Below are positions 47,763 through 57,029 of a stretch of 64,000 nucleotides of DNA, in pieces (the first letter of the stretch is position 1; every line of letters starts with the position of its first letter). Location: the IMG/VR virus record IMGVR_UViG_3300037418_003103; one strand, given 5' to 3'. Origin of the DNA: a virus. Lineage: Duplodnaviria; Heunggongvirae; Uroviricota; Caudoviricetes. The translations under genes and the position numbers were made by a program. The notes beneath the pieces were generated by a model. That model had not been told where the DNA came from. It saw only the letters and a program-made list of their open reading frames with translations, and made no database searches.

Positions 47763-48635
47763 TTATTTTTTTAATTCATGCGAAGCCTCAGCAATAGACT
47801 TTATTGTCTCTGTCATTTCAATCTCATACTTCATTCTTGGTGAATTATGAATAATCGCATCCTTCCACTGCTTATTGTACTCTTCCAAAGCCTCTTCCAT
47901 ATTCACTGTGAAGTACATCTGTTTAAGGGAAGCCATAACCTCAGCAACCTTCTTTGGAATTCCCCTTGATTGCAGATAAAATACGGCATCCTTATTTTGT
48001 GAGGTATATAAGCCTTTAGTCCTGACACCAGTTATTGAATTCATATAAGCCTCTGCAAATTGGTCGATGTCGTCAACCAGCTCATACTCATCTGGCATGA
48101 GATAGGCCTTCTGAGACTTTGTTTTGTAAATATAGACCTCATAAGGCTGTAGGCTTATTCGATTTCTTATCATTAATTCAGGTGTGCTGTCGTTAAGAAA
48201 TTTAGAAGCGTTTTCAAGGTTCTTAGTTTTAAGATTTCTTTTCGTGCTTCTTAACTCACGCTCTATTAATTCAGTCCACCTTCTTAACCTTACCGCTTTT
48301 CTTGCAAAGTGCACCTCGAACCCAGTCTCCGTCCTGATCTTTATCCAACCTCCACCCTCAGGAAGGAGCTTGTTTTCATTTGGAAAATATATCTCGCAAT
48401 CGAACTTTTGGATATTGTTATCAAAGTACTCTGCATGAATTTCCTCCATGCCATCAAGAACTTCATCCAGATACCCGCCCCAAATGTCTTCTTCAAAAGA
48501 AAATTCCTCTCTTTCCACCGCATAAATTAACTGTTCAGCATTAACTAATTTTTCGCTAAATTTTAGGTAATACATAAACTTGAAACTACTCAAGTTATCT
48601 TCAATAAATTGTTTATGCCGTTCTGTTAGTGTCAT
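47763..48635 (-). CDS. Hypothetical protein with SufB/SufD-like C-terminal motif
   Basis: AVFYLQSRGIPKKVAEVM resembles the SufBD LFYL.SRGI...A motif; the remainder is unrecognised. Confidence 0.55.
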   Translation of the reverse strand: MTLTERHKQFIEDNLSSFKFMYYLKFSEKLVNAEQLIYAVEREEFSFEEDIWGGYLDEVLDGMEEIHAEYFDNNIQKFDCEIYFPNENKLLPEGGGWIKIRTETGFEVHFARKAVRLRRWTELIERELRSTKRNLKTKNLENASKFLNDSTPELMIRNRISLQPYEVYIYKTKSQKAYLMPDEYELVDDIDQFAEAYMNSITGVRTKGLYTSQNKDAVFYLQSRGIPKKVAEVMASLKQMYFTVNMEEALEEYNKQWKDAIIHNSPRMKYEIEMTETIKSIAEASHELKK

Positions 48636-48645
48636 ATTATTTATT

Positions 48646-48882
48646 TTAAGACCAAATTAAATATGCTTCGTATGTGTCGGAATTGTTTGACCAAAAGCCA
48701 TCTTCAATTGCTGCATCAATTTCATCTGCGTTTACATTGTTATCTCTCAATACGTTTGCAAATATATTCTCCACAGCTTTCACTTGCTTATCCTCATTTT
48801 CTCTGTTTTCTACATCAATGGTGAAGGAACGAACCTGCATGTGGCCCTTGCCCATGCGTTCAATAAGACTAAGAATTTTCAT
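48646..48882 (-). CDS. Hypothetical cassette protein
   Basis: Promoter at 48899. Confidence 0.7.
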   Translation of the reverse strand: MKILSLIERMGKGHMQVRSFTIDVENRENEDKQVKAVENIFANVLRDNNVNADEIDAAIEDGFWSNNSDTYEAYLIWS

Positions 48883-48952
48883 GTTGTTTGATTTAGAATG
48901 CAAATATAAGACTAATTATTTACATTGTCAAATTTATTTTATTCCATCCATT

Positions 48953-49156
48953 TTAATTTCCCTGACCAAAAGAAAAGGGGTAGAAATTTTTACCTTTAAG
49001 GCACTGTACACGAATAAATGATTTAACCTTTGCGTCATCGCCAGATACAAGCATCTTTTTTACATTACCTGAATAACCTGCTTTAACGCCGTATTGTTGA
49101 GCTGCAGCTTGAAAGGATTGTTTTGTTCCTGATTGAACAGTTGATTGTGTTGCCAT
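48953..49156 (-). CDS. Small hypothetical cassette protein
   Basis: 67 aa; promoter at 49187. Confidence 0.7.
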   Translation of the reverse strand: MATQSTVQSGTKQSFQAAAQQYGVKAGYSGNVKKMLVSGDDAKVKSFIRVQCLKGKNFYPFSFGQGN

Positions 49157-49234
49157 GATAAATTTTTTAAATGATTAATATTATGCTGCAAATATAAGAC
49201 TAATTATTTACTTCACCAAATTTATTTTAAAAGT

Positions 49235-49260
49235 AATGCCCGATAGAATTATCGGGCATT
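49235..49260 (-). terminator. Hairpin terminator
   Basis: AATGCCCGATA-GAAT-TATCGGGCATT. Confidence 0.75.
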
Positions 49261-49420
49261 TGTTGTTGAAGGCAACTATTGATAGAACCGAGAGAAGGCA
49301 AAAGACTAAAATACCTCCTGTAACTAAACCAAATCACAAGAGGTATTAACGTTTATAAAAAATCAAGTCTGTATAAAGATATGTAAATGTTTTGAAACTA
49401 CCAAATTTATTTTTATTTAC

Positions 49421-49498
49421 CTCTTAGTCTCTTGCTATTCAGCATTGTAGGCGTGTATCGGCGCCTCGTTGTTCGGTCATTTAGACCTACACTAAGAG
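49421..49498 (-). ncRNA. Candidate multi-stem RNA immediately 3' of the tRNA-like element
   Basis: 8-bp closing stem 49421-28/49491-98 plus internal hairpins. Confidence 0.4.
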
Positions 49499-49500
49499 CG

Positions 49501-49632
49501 TGGGATGAATGGGGAGTTGAACCCCATAAGTCTCTAAGTATGGGAAGTTATTTTTACAAACGTATCTATGCGGTTGCAACCGCACATCAACTTTAACCAT
49601 ACTAAGTGTTCTTACATTTGAACTATTCTCCC
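49501..49632 (-). ncRNA. tRNA-like RNA with extended anticodon arm and 53-nt insert
   Basis: GGGAGAA acceptor, UA, D-arm GUUC/GAAC, 10-bp anticodon stem, T-arm UGGGG-UUCAACU-CCCCA, 3' UUCAUCCC-A; no encoded CCA. Confidence 0.7.
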
Positions 49633-49638
49633 GTGTAT

Positions 49639-49863
49639 TTATTCTACTTCTCTTCCAAGAATTTCTTCCAGCTTTGCTTTCAATTCGTGTTTAGCTGCTA
49701 TACCGTAATAATATTGATACAGAAGCAATTGTATTCCTTTATCGGTAGTATCTTTAGGCTGTTCATCTGAATACTTTAGCTTTAAGTAATTCGCTCCCAG
49801 GTCATAAGCGTCCATTTCAAGATAGGGAGTCTCATTTAATTTTTGTATTAGATCTTTCTTCAT
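49639..49863 (-). CDS. Hypothetical protein
   Basis: 74 aa ORF. Confidence 0.6.
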   Translation of the reverse strand: MKKDLIQKLNETPYLEMDAYDLGANYLKLKYSDEQPKDTTDKGIQLLLYQYYYGIAAKHELKAKLEEILGREVE

Positions 49864-50117
49864 ACTTTTTCATTTAGAAGTTCAATAAGTTTTTCAAGAA
49901 CGTATTGAGCCTTGTACGGCATTTCAGATTGAACATCCCTTGTTATGCCGTTGATCGCTGTGATAGCAATATCCCCAACCGTTCTGGCAATCCAATCCAA
50001 TTCAGGATAGGTACGAATAACATCTTCAGTCTTTTTTGGCTCGAAGGTCGTATTTTCAGATAGTGTATTCAACAAGTGAGACATATTAAAATCCTTCTTA
50101 GCGTTTTTCCCTTTCAT
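49860..50117 (-). CDS. Hypothetical cassette protein
   Basis: 85 aa; PYKAQYVLEKLI; promoter at 50133. Confidence 0.7.
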   Translation of the reverse strand: MKGKNAKKDFNMSHLLNTLSENTTFEPKKTEDVIRTYPELDWIARTVGDIAITAINGITRDVQSEMPYKAQYVLEKLIELLNEKV

Positions 50118-50173
50118 GCTATTGATTTAGAATGCAAATATAAGACTAATTATTGAAACGATCAAATTTATTT

Positions 50174-50410
50174 TCAAATATCATCAATAAATTTAGAGGC
50201 CGCTTCATCCTGATATTTAGAGGATCTGTGGGTAATTTTAAAAGATACTACCTTCTCAGATTTATGAACATTTATAAAATCTTCCAGAAAAAACAAACTG
50301 GGCGAATTGGAATAAATATTCAGGGTAAATGAACCGTCTTCGGTTTTAAATTCTATGATGAATCTATCGGTGTACCCATCAAATACTTCTCTTGAATATT
50401 TTGCTTCCAT
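50174..50410 (-). CDS. Hypothetical cassette protein
   Basis: 78 aa ORF. Confidence 0.6.
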   Translation of the reverse strand: MEAKYSREVFDGYTDRFIIEFKTEDGSFTLNIYSNSPSLFFLEDFINVHKSEKVVSFKITHRSSKYQDEAASKFIDDI

Positions 50411-50553
50411 ACCACAAATTTAATATTATCTTTCCAAACTACCAAATAATTTTTCTTGTTGTATTAGAGCTGACAGCACAGCCTTCATGATCTGATTCCA
50501 TGCTCTATTCAGATGCTTCTTGCTTATATAATGCTCCGCTTCTCTTTGTCATC

Positions 50554-50811
50554 TTAATTTTTATTAATAATTTCAACATCATATCCAATGCCCTTTAATT
50601 CCCTTAACAGGCCATCATATTCTTTAGGTTGGGCTGGTCTGGTTTTCTCTGTTTCATACTCAGGCGCATAAGAAGAATGCTGACCAATATGTGAGTAGCA
50701 TGTTTTTAAATCATCTCTGTAGCCATTGAATCCATAATCTTCGTTAGGAAATAAGGCAACTACTTCACCTGTTATCTTATCAACAACAAATCTTACTTTT
50801 ACTTTTTCCAT
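50554..50811 (-). CDS. Hypothetical cassette protein
   Basis: VVALFP...CYSHIGQHS...EY..LLRELKGIGY. Confidence 0.75.
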   Translation of the reverse strand: MEKVKVRFVVDKITGEVVALFPNEDYGFNGYRDDLKTCYSHIGQHSSYAPEYETEKTRPAQPKEYDGLLRELKGIGYDVEIINKN

Positions 50812-50886
50812 GATTGATTGATTTAGGCTGCAAATATAAGACTAATAATTGAAACTGCCAAATTTATTTAGGAAAAATTTCGTAAG

Positions 50887-51177
50887 TTATAATTTTTTAT
50901 GTTCAAGAATTACAACAGACACAACGTCTCCATTAGATTCCAGAAGCAGAAGTTGATTATTGTTAACCTCAATTTCATCATCACCCCATATCTTGAAGCT
51001 GTACTCGTATTCCAGCCCCTCTTCGTCCGTGTAGTTGGCATCCACGTTCCAAAATTCATCATTATCTGGCTGTTCTATTAATGGATAGGTTACTGCCGAA
51101 TTATTATCCATAATGATAATTGCTGAAGCATTTTCAAGCAGTTCGATTGCTTCCTTTCCTGTAATTGTTTTATTCAT
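50887..51177 (-). CDS. Acidic hypothetical cassette protein
   Basis: N-terminus duplicated with 52285..52920. Confidence 0.7.
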   Translation of the reverse strand: MNKTITGKEAIELLENASAIIIMDNNSAVTYPLIEQPDNDEFWNVDANYTDEEGLEYEYSFKIWGDDEIEVNNNQLLLLESNGDVVSVVILEHKKL

Positions 51178-51233
51178 TTAATTTGATTTAGAATGCAAAT
51201 ATAAGACTAATAATTGAAACTGCCAAATTTATT

Positions 51234-51491
51234 TTATCCCCATTGAGTAACCTTCCCACAAGTTTGACAGCACCAACCATGCGAGCCTGTTTCGGTTTCC
51301 CAATACACAGAATCATAATCATGGTCGCAATCGGACAGGGCTTCTATTTGCTCTGTTTGTGTAACATTCGGTAATGGGATTACTTCATCAAGATAATTTG
51401 AATTTATTGCATTAGAAAGATGCAACATTTCTTCTCTTGTCGTTTTTATTCCTTCCATTCCGCCTCTTGGCCTAAATTCGAAAGTACTCAT
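51234..51491 (-). CDS. Hypothetical protein with zinc ribbon
   Basis: HGWCCQTCGKVTQWG. Confidence 0.65.
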   Translation of the reverse strand: MSTFEFRPRGGMEGIKTTREEMLHLSNAINSNYLDEVIPLPNVTQTEQIEALSDCDHDYDSVYWETETGSHGWCCQTCGKVTQWG

Positions 51492-51500
51492 AATTTTTTA

Positions 51501-51770
51501 TTAAAGAGATGTATTAATATTGATCCTGTTAAATTCGTCAATAGGAAAATTCTCCCAATAGCTTACAAGTTTCTCAGCAAGTTTTTTACCACCTAACTTG
51601 GAATAAGCCTTCAAAAAGAAAAGAATGTGATCAACTCTTGCATCATGTGAATAATGAGCATTTCGTGATAGCATGAAGATATCTGAATTAAAACAGAACT
51701 TTGTGTTATTAAATCTTCCTTTTCTAAAGCTATGATATTTGTTATATCTTTCTGTCGGTTCAAGTAGCAT
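51501..51770 (-). CDS. Hypothetical cassette protein
   Basis: 89 aa; promoter at 51789. Confidence 0.6.
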   Translation of the reverse strand: MLLEPTERYNKYHSFRKGRFNNTKFCFNSDIFMLSRNAHYSHDARVDHILFFLKAYSKLGGKKLAEKLVSYWENFPIDEFNRININTSL

Positions 51771-52015
51771 GGTTATTTTGTTTTAGAATGCAAATATAAG
51801 ACTAATTATTGAATGTACAAAATTTATTTCTTTTCACCAGTGAACTCCACACTCCAACGATCATCAAAATCGAACCAAGCGCCACCCACTCTGACCTGAG
51901 AAGTCGTGAGGTCAAGTGTAGCTGAAGCACCAACTGAACAATATCTATCTGATATAGGATAGCATAGAACCTTAACTTGAATTCTTTTCATAATTTTATT
52001 TTAGGCTGATCAATT

Positions 52016-52216
52016 TCAGTAAAAGAAGGACATTCCATTCTCTATGTACCAGTCTTCCAAATCTATGACGTTATCATAGCCGCAGACCTCACCATCGGAT
52101 ACCTCATGGATTTCAAGGTATAATATGGATTCATTTTCTTTAATCCAGTTTTTACAAGAGTCAAGAGTATTGAAGCCTCTTATCGTATTGGTATCACGTT
52201 GAATTGCTATAATCAT
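52016..52216 (-). CDS. Hypothetical cassette protein
   Basis: 66 aa; promoter at 52250. Confidence 0.6.
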   Translation of the reverse strand: MIIAIQRDTNTIRGFNTLDSCKNWIKENESILYLEIHEVSDGEVCGYDNVIDLEDWYIENGMSFFY

Positions 52217-52284
52217 ATTTTTTCCTCCAGTATTTGAGTTATTGATTTATGCAAATATAAGATTAATAATTAGAACAACCAAAT

Positions 52285-52920
52285 TTATATTGGGAATAGT
52301 TCAAAAGTTCCAGTCTTCTTATTAATTTTCATTACACCAACACGTGACTTATCCTTATCGTAATCATTTTGAAGGAATAGAAAATCCTTTGATTCTACCG
52401 CATTGCTTGCATTGCAATACAACTCACCTGTTTCAATATTATAGTAGTTTCTACCCATTGAATAGATACAACTATCCTTTGTAAGATAAGCATGTTTGAA
52501 TCCGTCAAACACAACCTTTTCATTTCCTTCAGCATCAATGATACACCAATGGCCTGCCAAGTGCCTTGGATCTTTTGAACCTGACATTTTAAGAATATCC
52601 TTTGAGTAGAATTCCTCTACATGCTTAATCAGCATGAAGTACCTGTCTTTGGTTAAATCTGGATAGTTTAAACCTCCTACCCTGTATAGAGTATCATTGA
52701 TTCTTTTGCCATCTTTAAACAAGCCAACAAAATCGGTAAGGTCTTCATTCCACTTCTTTCTATAATCTGCATCCACTCCAACAGGTAGTATTTGTAGATT
52801 GTCACCGTTTTTATATGGCGTGCGGGGTGCTGACTTGAACTCATTTGAAAACAGGAGCTTAATTGCTAAGGCATTTTCAAGCAGTTCGATTGGTTCCTTT
52901 CTTGTAATTGTTTTATTCAT
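52285..52920 (-). CDS. Hypothetical, probably chimeric cassette protein
   Basis: First ~17 aa shared with 50887..51177. Confidence 0.7.
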   Translation of the reverse strand: MNKTITRKEPIELLENALAIKLLFSNEFKSAPRTPYKNGDNLQILPVGVDADYRKKWNEDLTDFVGLFKDGKRINDTLYRVGGLNYPDLTKDRYFMLIKHVEEFYSKDILKMSGSKDPRHLAGHWCIIDAEGNEKVVFDGFKHAYLTKDSCIYSMGRNYYNIETGELYCNASNAVESKDFLFLQNDYDKDKSRVGVMKINKKTGTFELFPI

Positions 52921-53016
52921 TTAATTTGATTTAGACTGCAAATATAGGTTTAATTATTGAAAGTACCAAATATATTTGCTCAATAACATATCACATGTTA
53001 TTGAGCAAATAAGTTG

Positions 53017-53907
53017 TTAGAACTGTTCGCTTGCTGCGAATATAGGCCTTTTAACATGCCTGATCTCAAAACCGTGATTGACGGCATTTATTCGTCTGAG
53101 CGTTTTTTCAGCAGCTTTTTCAGTTTCAAATTTCTTAGCACCGTTTTCTGAATAAGAGTACTTGTAACCAAACTTTGTATTCTTATTAAAATAAAATCCC
53201 TTGTCGCTTTGCAGTACATAGAAGTCATTTGGATTAATTTCTTTCTTTATCGTTGTCGCAACAGGAAAGAATTTTTGTCTTAATTTCTTTATTGACAACT
53301 CACTCGCATCCATACCAATCCTAAAATCAGCCTTAGCATCTTTTTCTGCAAACAAGGCTGCCTTTTCATTGATCAGTTGCTGTAATTCAGCTGATGTATT
53401 AACATACGTCTTAAATGGCTCGATTCCCTTGCTTGCAAGCTCTTCAATTTCATATCTGGATGTGTAGGCATATACATAAATTCCTACCCCCCTTAATTGT
53501 TCAACATCCAGTGCTTTCTTAACACCAGTTTTGAAGATCCCTTCATACATAGCATAAGTTGTTTCGCTTGTGTGTTTACTACCAACCGCGATAGCTGTGT
53601 ACCATCCATATTTTTCATTAAATTCTTTTTCGGAAATTTCAGGTTCATTACCTTTTTCACGATATGCTTTTTCACTTTCATAGCTGCTCTTTCTATCATA
53701 CTCAGCCTTGTCAAGCATATCTTTGAGACTACCGTATTTCCTACCCCTTAATATATGGGTGTAATTTTGCCAGTCTCTTGATCTTCGCATCTTAACACCT
53801 CTATAAGGCCTTTCGTATACATTGCTGTCGCCAGAAAGGATCATCGGCACATAACTACCATTCGGTAGACTAATAAATTGTTTGTCGTAAATGATTGAAT
53901 AACTCAT
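53017..53907 (-). CDS. Hypothetical cassette protein
   Basis: 296 aa; promoter at 53925. Confidence 0.75.
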   Translation of the reverse strand: MSYSIIYDKQFISLPNGSYVPMILSGDSNVYERPYRGVKMRRSRDWQNYTHILRGRKYGSLKDMLDKAEYDRKSSYESEKAYREKGNEPEISEKEFNEKYGWYTAIAVGSKHTSETTYAMYEGIFKTGVKKALDVEQLRGVGIYVYAYTSRYEIEELASKGIEPFKTYVNTSAELQQLINEKAALFAEKDAKADFRIGMDASELSIKKLRQKFFPVATTIKKEINPNDFYVLQSDKGFYFNKNTKFGYKYSYSENGAKKFETEKAAEKTLRRINAVNHGFEIRHVKRPIFAASEQF

Positions 53908-53959
53908 GATTGATTGATTTAAGACACAAATATAAGACTAATTATTTACTTCGACAAAT

Positions 53960-54169
53960 TTATTTATATGGATCGTCCCATTTTTCATCTGGATAATTGT
54001 CATTAAGAATATGGTCAATAAAATAAGAATCATCTATGTAATTTCCGTCCTGACAGGGTTCTTGTAAAAAAGTATTTACTGCGTTATTAACCGCATCCTG
54101 TAAATTTTCTCCCTGTATTTTATAAACCTTAACCACTTCAAATACAATAGGAATATCATATGTTTTCAT
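53960..54169 (-). CDS. Hypothetical protein
   Basis: 69 aa ORF. Confidence 0.65.
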   Translation of the reverse strand: MKTYDIPIVFEVVKVYKIQGENLQDAVNNAVNTFLQEPCQDGNYIDDSYFIDHILNDNYPDEKWDDPYK

Positions 54170-54178
54170 AATTATATA

Positions 54179-54616
54179 TTATTTAATATCTAATTTAAAA
54201 GACTCAGAATAAAACTCTTCACCCGTATGCTTTCCTAACCCATTAAAACACATATATCCATCTGCGGTAATGCGCATCTGTTGCCCATCAATACTCTGTT
54301 CAGGATAGGAAAGATTATTAATCTCTTCCTCACTTATGTCTATGTAGCTCCACCCTGTTTCCATTTGAGCTAACAAGTTAGTTAGTTCTTCATTCTCACC
54401 ATCATCTTTAAACCAGCCAAACGGACTATCCCATACGGATATTTGATAGAAACCCTTTAAATCCTCCAGTTGCTTAGCTGCTTCAATACATTCGCGTAAT
54501 GAATGGTTATACCTCATATCATCTATTCGTAACAGTATAAAATCACATGAATCCCATTCTGAATTAACGCTAGCCTTTACAATAATCATGCCTGTAGGCT
54601 CTTTTGAAAGTTTCAT
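54179..54616 (-). CDS. Hypothetical cassette protein
   Basis: 145 aa; promoter at 54634. Confidence 0.7.
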   Translation of the reverse strand: MKLSKEPTGMIIVKASVNSEWDSCDFILLRIDDMRYNHSLRECIEAAKQLEDLKGFYQISVWDSPFGWFKDDGENEELTNLLAQMETGWSYIDISEEEINNLSYPEQSIDGQQMRITADGYMCFNGLGKHTGEEFYSESFKLDIK

Positions 54617-54673
54617 TTGTTTTGTGTTTAGATTGCAAATATAAGACTAATAATTGAAACTGCCAAATTTATT

Positions 54674-54961
54674 TTAATCTTCGTATGAAAGAAAAGCGTC
54701 GGTAGACCCCTCTGAAAACATATCGTGTCCGTAATTGTCTATCAGATCAAATAGTCTTTTAACATCTGCAGGTTTTATCTTATACTTAGATTTAATACTC
54801 TGAATAAACGTATTTAAATCGTACTCAGGCCTTTTTATCTCCCCCTGGCATATTACTTCGCCCTTAGCATCAAGCAGATCACACCTTACCATTTCTATAC
54901 TACGAGGCCAATCAGTATTATAAGTGGAGTTTATCCGTCCGAAGGTGCTATTTTTGTACAT
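54674..54961 (-). CDS. Hypothetical protein
   Basis: 95 aa ORF. Confidence 0.6.
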   Translation of the reverse strand: MYKNSTFGRINSTYNTDWPRSIEMVRCDLLDAKGEVICQGEIKRPEYDLNTFIQSIKSKYKIKPADVKRLFDLIDNYGHDMFSEGSTDAFLSYED

Positions 54962-55015
54962 TTATCATATTTTAAAAGAGCCTTGTATTCCTTGATACAA
55001 GGCTCTAATGAATTT

Positions 55016-55417
55016 CTATCCGAAAATAACTTCGTTGTAAGCAACGTATTGAAGAATAGAGTAGGCTGTGCAGGCATCATCCTCTTCGTTTAGGGTTTCA
55101 ATAACGTCCTTAGCAGCCTCTTTTTTACTAAGGTTTGTGATTGCCTGTTCAAGATTAAATCTTCTTGTGTATTCACCGCTGCCTTCTTCATCCACTAGCC
55201 TCAATTCCTTACCCTCTTCTAGTATTTGAATCAGAACATCTTCATAAGAAATTTGTTCGCTCGGTTTTTGTTTAAGCAGGGTATCCTTTGCGTGGTGATA
55301 GTCTCTTATTGAGTAGCCAAGTTCTACACCAGCCCCTCTTAATAATTGGATACCGCCATTGCAAAGTGCTGAGAAGAGTATTTCTTTAACTTCGTCTCTT
55401 GTTAATTTTATTTCCAT
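55016..55417 (-). CDS. Hypothetical cassette protein
   Basis: Ends DDACTAYSILQYVAYNEVIFG; promoter at 55434. Confidence 0.7.
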   Translation of the reverse strand: MEIKLTRDEVKEILFSALCNGGIQLLRGAGVELGYSIRDYHHAKDTLLKQKPSEQISYEDVLIQILEEGKELRLVDEEGSGEYTRRFNLEQAITNLSKKEAAKDVIETLNEEDDACTAYSILQYVAYNEVIFG

Positions 55418-55471
55418 GTTTAATGATTTAGACTGCAAATATAAGACTAATTATTTAAAGTACCAAAAGTA

Positions 55472-55690
55472 TTAGTCGGTTTCAATAAGTTTTTTGACTT
55501 CATCATAGTTATCATCAAAAGTTTTTTCGCCTGTTGCTTCAAGTATTCTAACGCCTAATATTACGTTATACTCTTTTTCGTACCAAGTCAATAAATCATT
55601 TGCAGCCCATACAGCCTCTGACGGAGTATCACCACCCCAGGAATAAAGAAGTGTACTTAAAACTGCTATGAATTCTTTTTTATTCTTCAT
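55472..55690 (-). CDS. Hypothetical protein
   Basis: 72 aa ORF. Confidence 0.6.
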   Translation of the reverse strand: MKNKKEFIAVLSTLLYSWGGDTPSEAVWAANDLLTWYEKEYNVILGVRILEATGEKTFDDNYDEVKKLIETD

Positions 55691-55707
55691 AATTGTTAGC
55701 TTTCATT

Positions 55708-55953
55708 TTATTTTATTATGTATTTCTTTAATATTACTCTTCCGTCACCCCTCTGACAATTGTGGTATTTTTTTCCTTTGTAATAGTCATCGAAGAAAAT
55801 CTCTCTATGAGTTTTACCACTATCTATAACGACTGAACGATAACGCACTTCAAAAACATTCCAGACTACATTGCTTCCTAAGAAACTAAAGTTATCTCCA
55901 TCATTTAATTGTCTCAGGTTACATTCAGAAATGTCAATATATTCGTCTTTCAT
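55708..55953 (-). CDS. Hypothetical cassette protein
   Basis: 81 aa; promoter at 55969. Confidence 0.6.
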   Translation of the reverse strand: MKDEYIDISECNLRQLNDGDNFSFLGSNVVWNVFEVRYRSVVIDSGKTHREIFFDDYYKGKKYHNCQRGDGRVILKKYIIK

Positions 55954-56278
55954 GATGTATTAATTTAACGCAAATATAAGACTAATTATTGAACGCACCA
56001 AATTTATTTTTAAGATAGTTTATTTCTAGGTATAATGGGATGACCTCTTTTCTTTTGAAACTTATGTTCTCTTTTAAATCTGCGGTTATGCTTATAGACT
56101 TCTATCTTATAAGCCGCATAAAATGATGCAATAAAAACAATTGTGCATAACATATTGATGCTTACTTTATTTAAGGACTGTATTAGTTTAAAATACCAAA
56201 TAAAAAATCTTCCCTTTTAGAGGAAGATTTCTTATGACCGATTTACAATTCACATGCAATTACAAAACAAATATACTA

Positions 56279-56614
56279 CTATTTTACTACACTTCCAAGA
56301 TTTTTTTTGTTTATTACAAGACTTCTCCATAACTTTGCAACTTCATCCTTAGATGTCTTGGTTTCAAGTTCCTTCTTTAGGTTGTTCCTGAGCACTACAA
56401 GTTCATCCTCTGTATTTGCTCCAAAGTCTCTCTTATCGAATGACTTGCTATACAGCTTGGTTTGTAGATCTCGAATCTCGTCAATCAGTACAGCCATATT
56501 ATATTCATAATAGATACCATCATAGCCGCAGCCACATGATTCACAGTAACCTAGATTATTGACTCTTTTCATATGCGTCTGAGTAAACAGACAAGTCTCA
56601 TAGTCTAATTTCAT
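56279..56614 (-). CDS. Hypothetical protein with CxxC
   Basis: YCESCGC; coiled-coil. Confidence 0.6.
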   Translation of the reverse strand: MKLDYETCLFTQTHMKRVNNLGYCESCGCGYDGIYYEYNMAVLIDEIRDLQTKLYSKSFDKRDFGANTEDELVVLRNNLKKELETKTSKDEVAKLWRSLVINKKNLGSVVK

Positions 56615-56697
56615 GTTTGTAAGGTTTTAAATGGTTCAAGTTACTAATATAAGATTAAATCGACGTGACCAGGCATAGAGGTCACAAATGTGTACAT

Positions 56698-56952
56698 TTA
56701 GCTTATTGGGCTGAGCCTTGATGTTAATACGGTGTAGCTGTCGCTGGGTGATTCGTTGATTCCATGCACCTGCGCGTATAAGCCAACAATAGTATTCTCT
56801 TTGATCATTACCATCTTTGAATTGTTGCCTTGATCGTCCAGAATTACTGTATCGCCCTCTCTGAAGCCATACTTGTTATACTTACTCTTTACGCCAATCA
56901 AATTTACATTAACAGGCATGCTTCTTGTTCTTGTGATATTCGTATTCATCAT
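56698..56952 (-). CDS. Hypothetical cassette protein
   Basis: 84 aa; promoter at 56979. Confidence 0.6.
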   Translation of the reverse strand: MMNTNITRTRSMPVNVNLIGVKSKYNKYGFREGDTVILDDQGNNSKMVMIKENTIVGLYAQVHGINESPSDSYTVLTSRLSPIS

Positions 56953-57029
56953 ATTCTTTTTTTCAATTTTTAGATTAATGCAAATATAGGATTAATTTTT
57001 GTATGCACCAAATTTATTATTCAATTTCT

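Noticed and set aside
51840-51900. GGTTCGATT T-loop-like sequence as a tRNA
   Set aside because: It lies inside a small - strand ORF (RVGGAWFDF...), with no acceptor or D stems.
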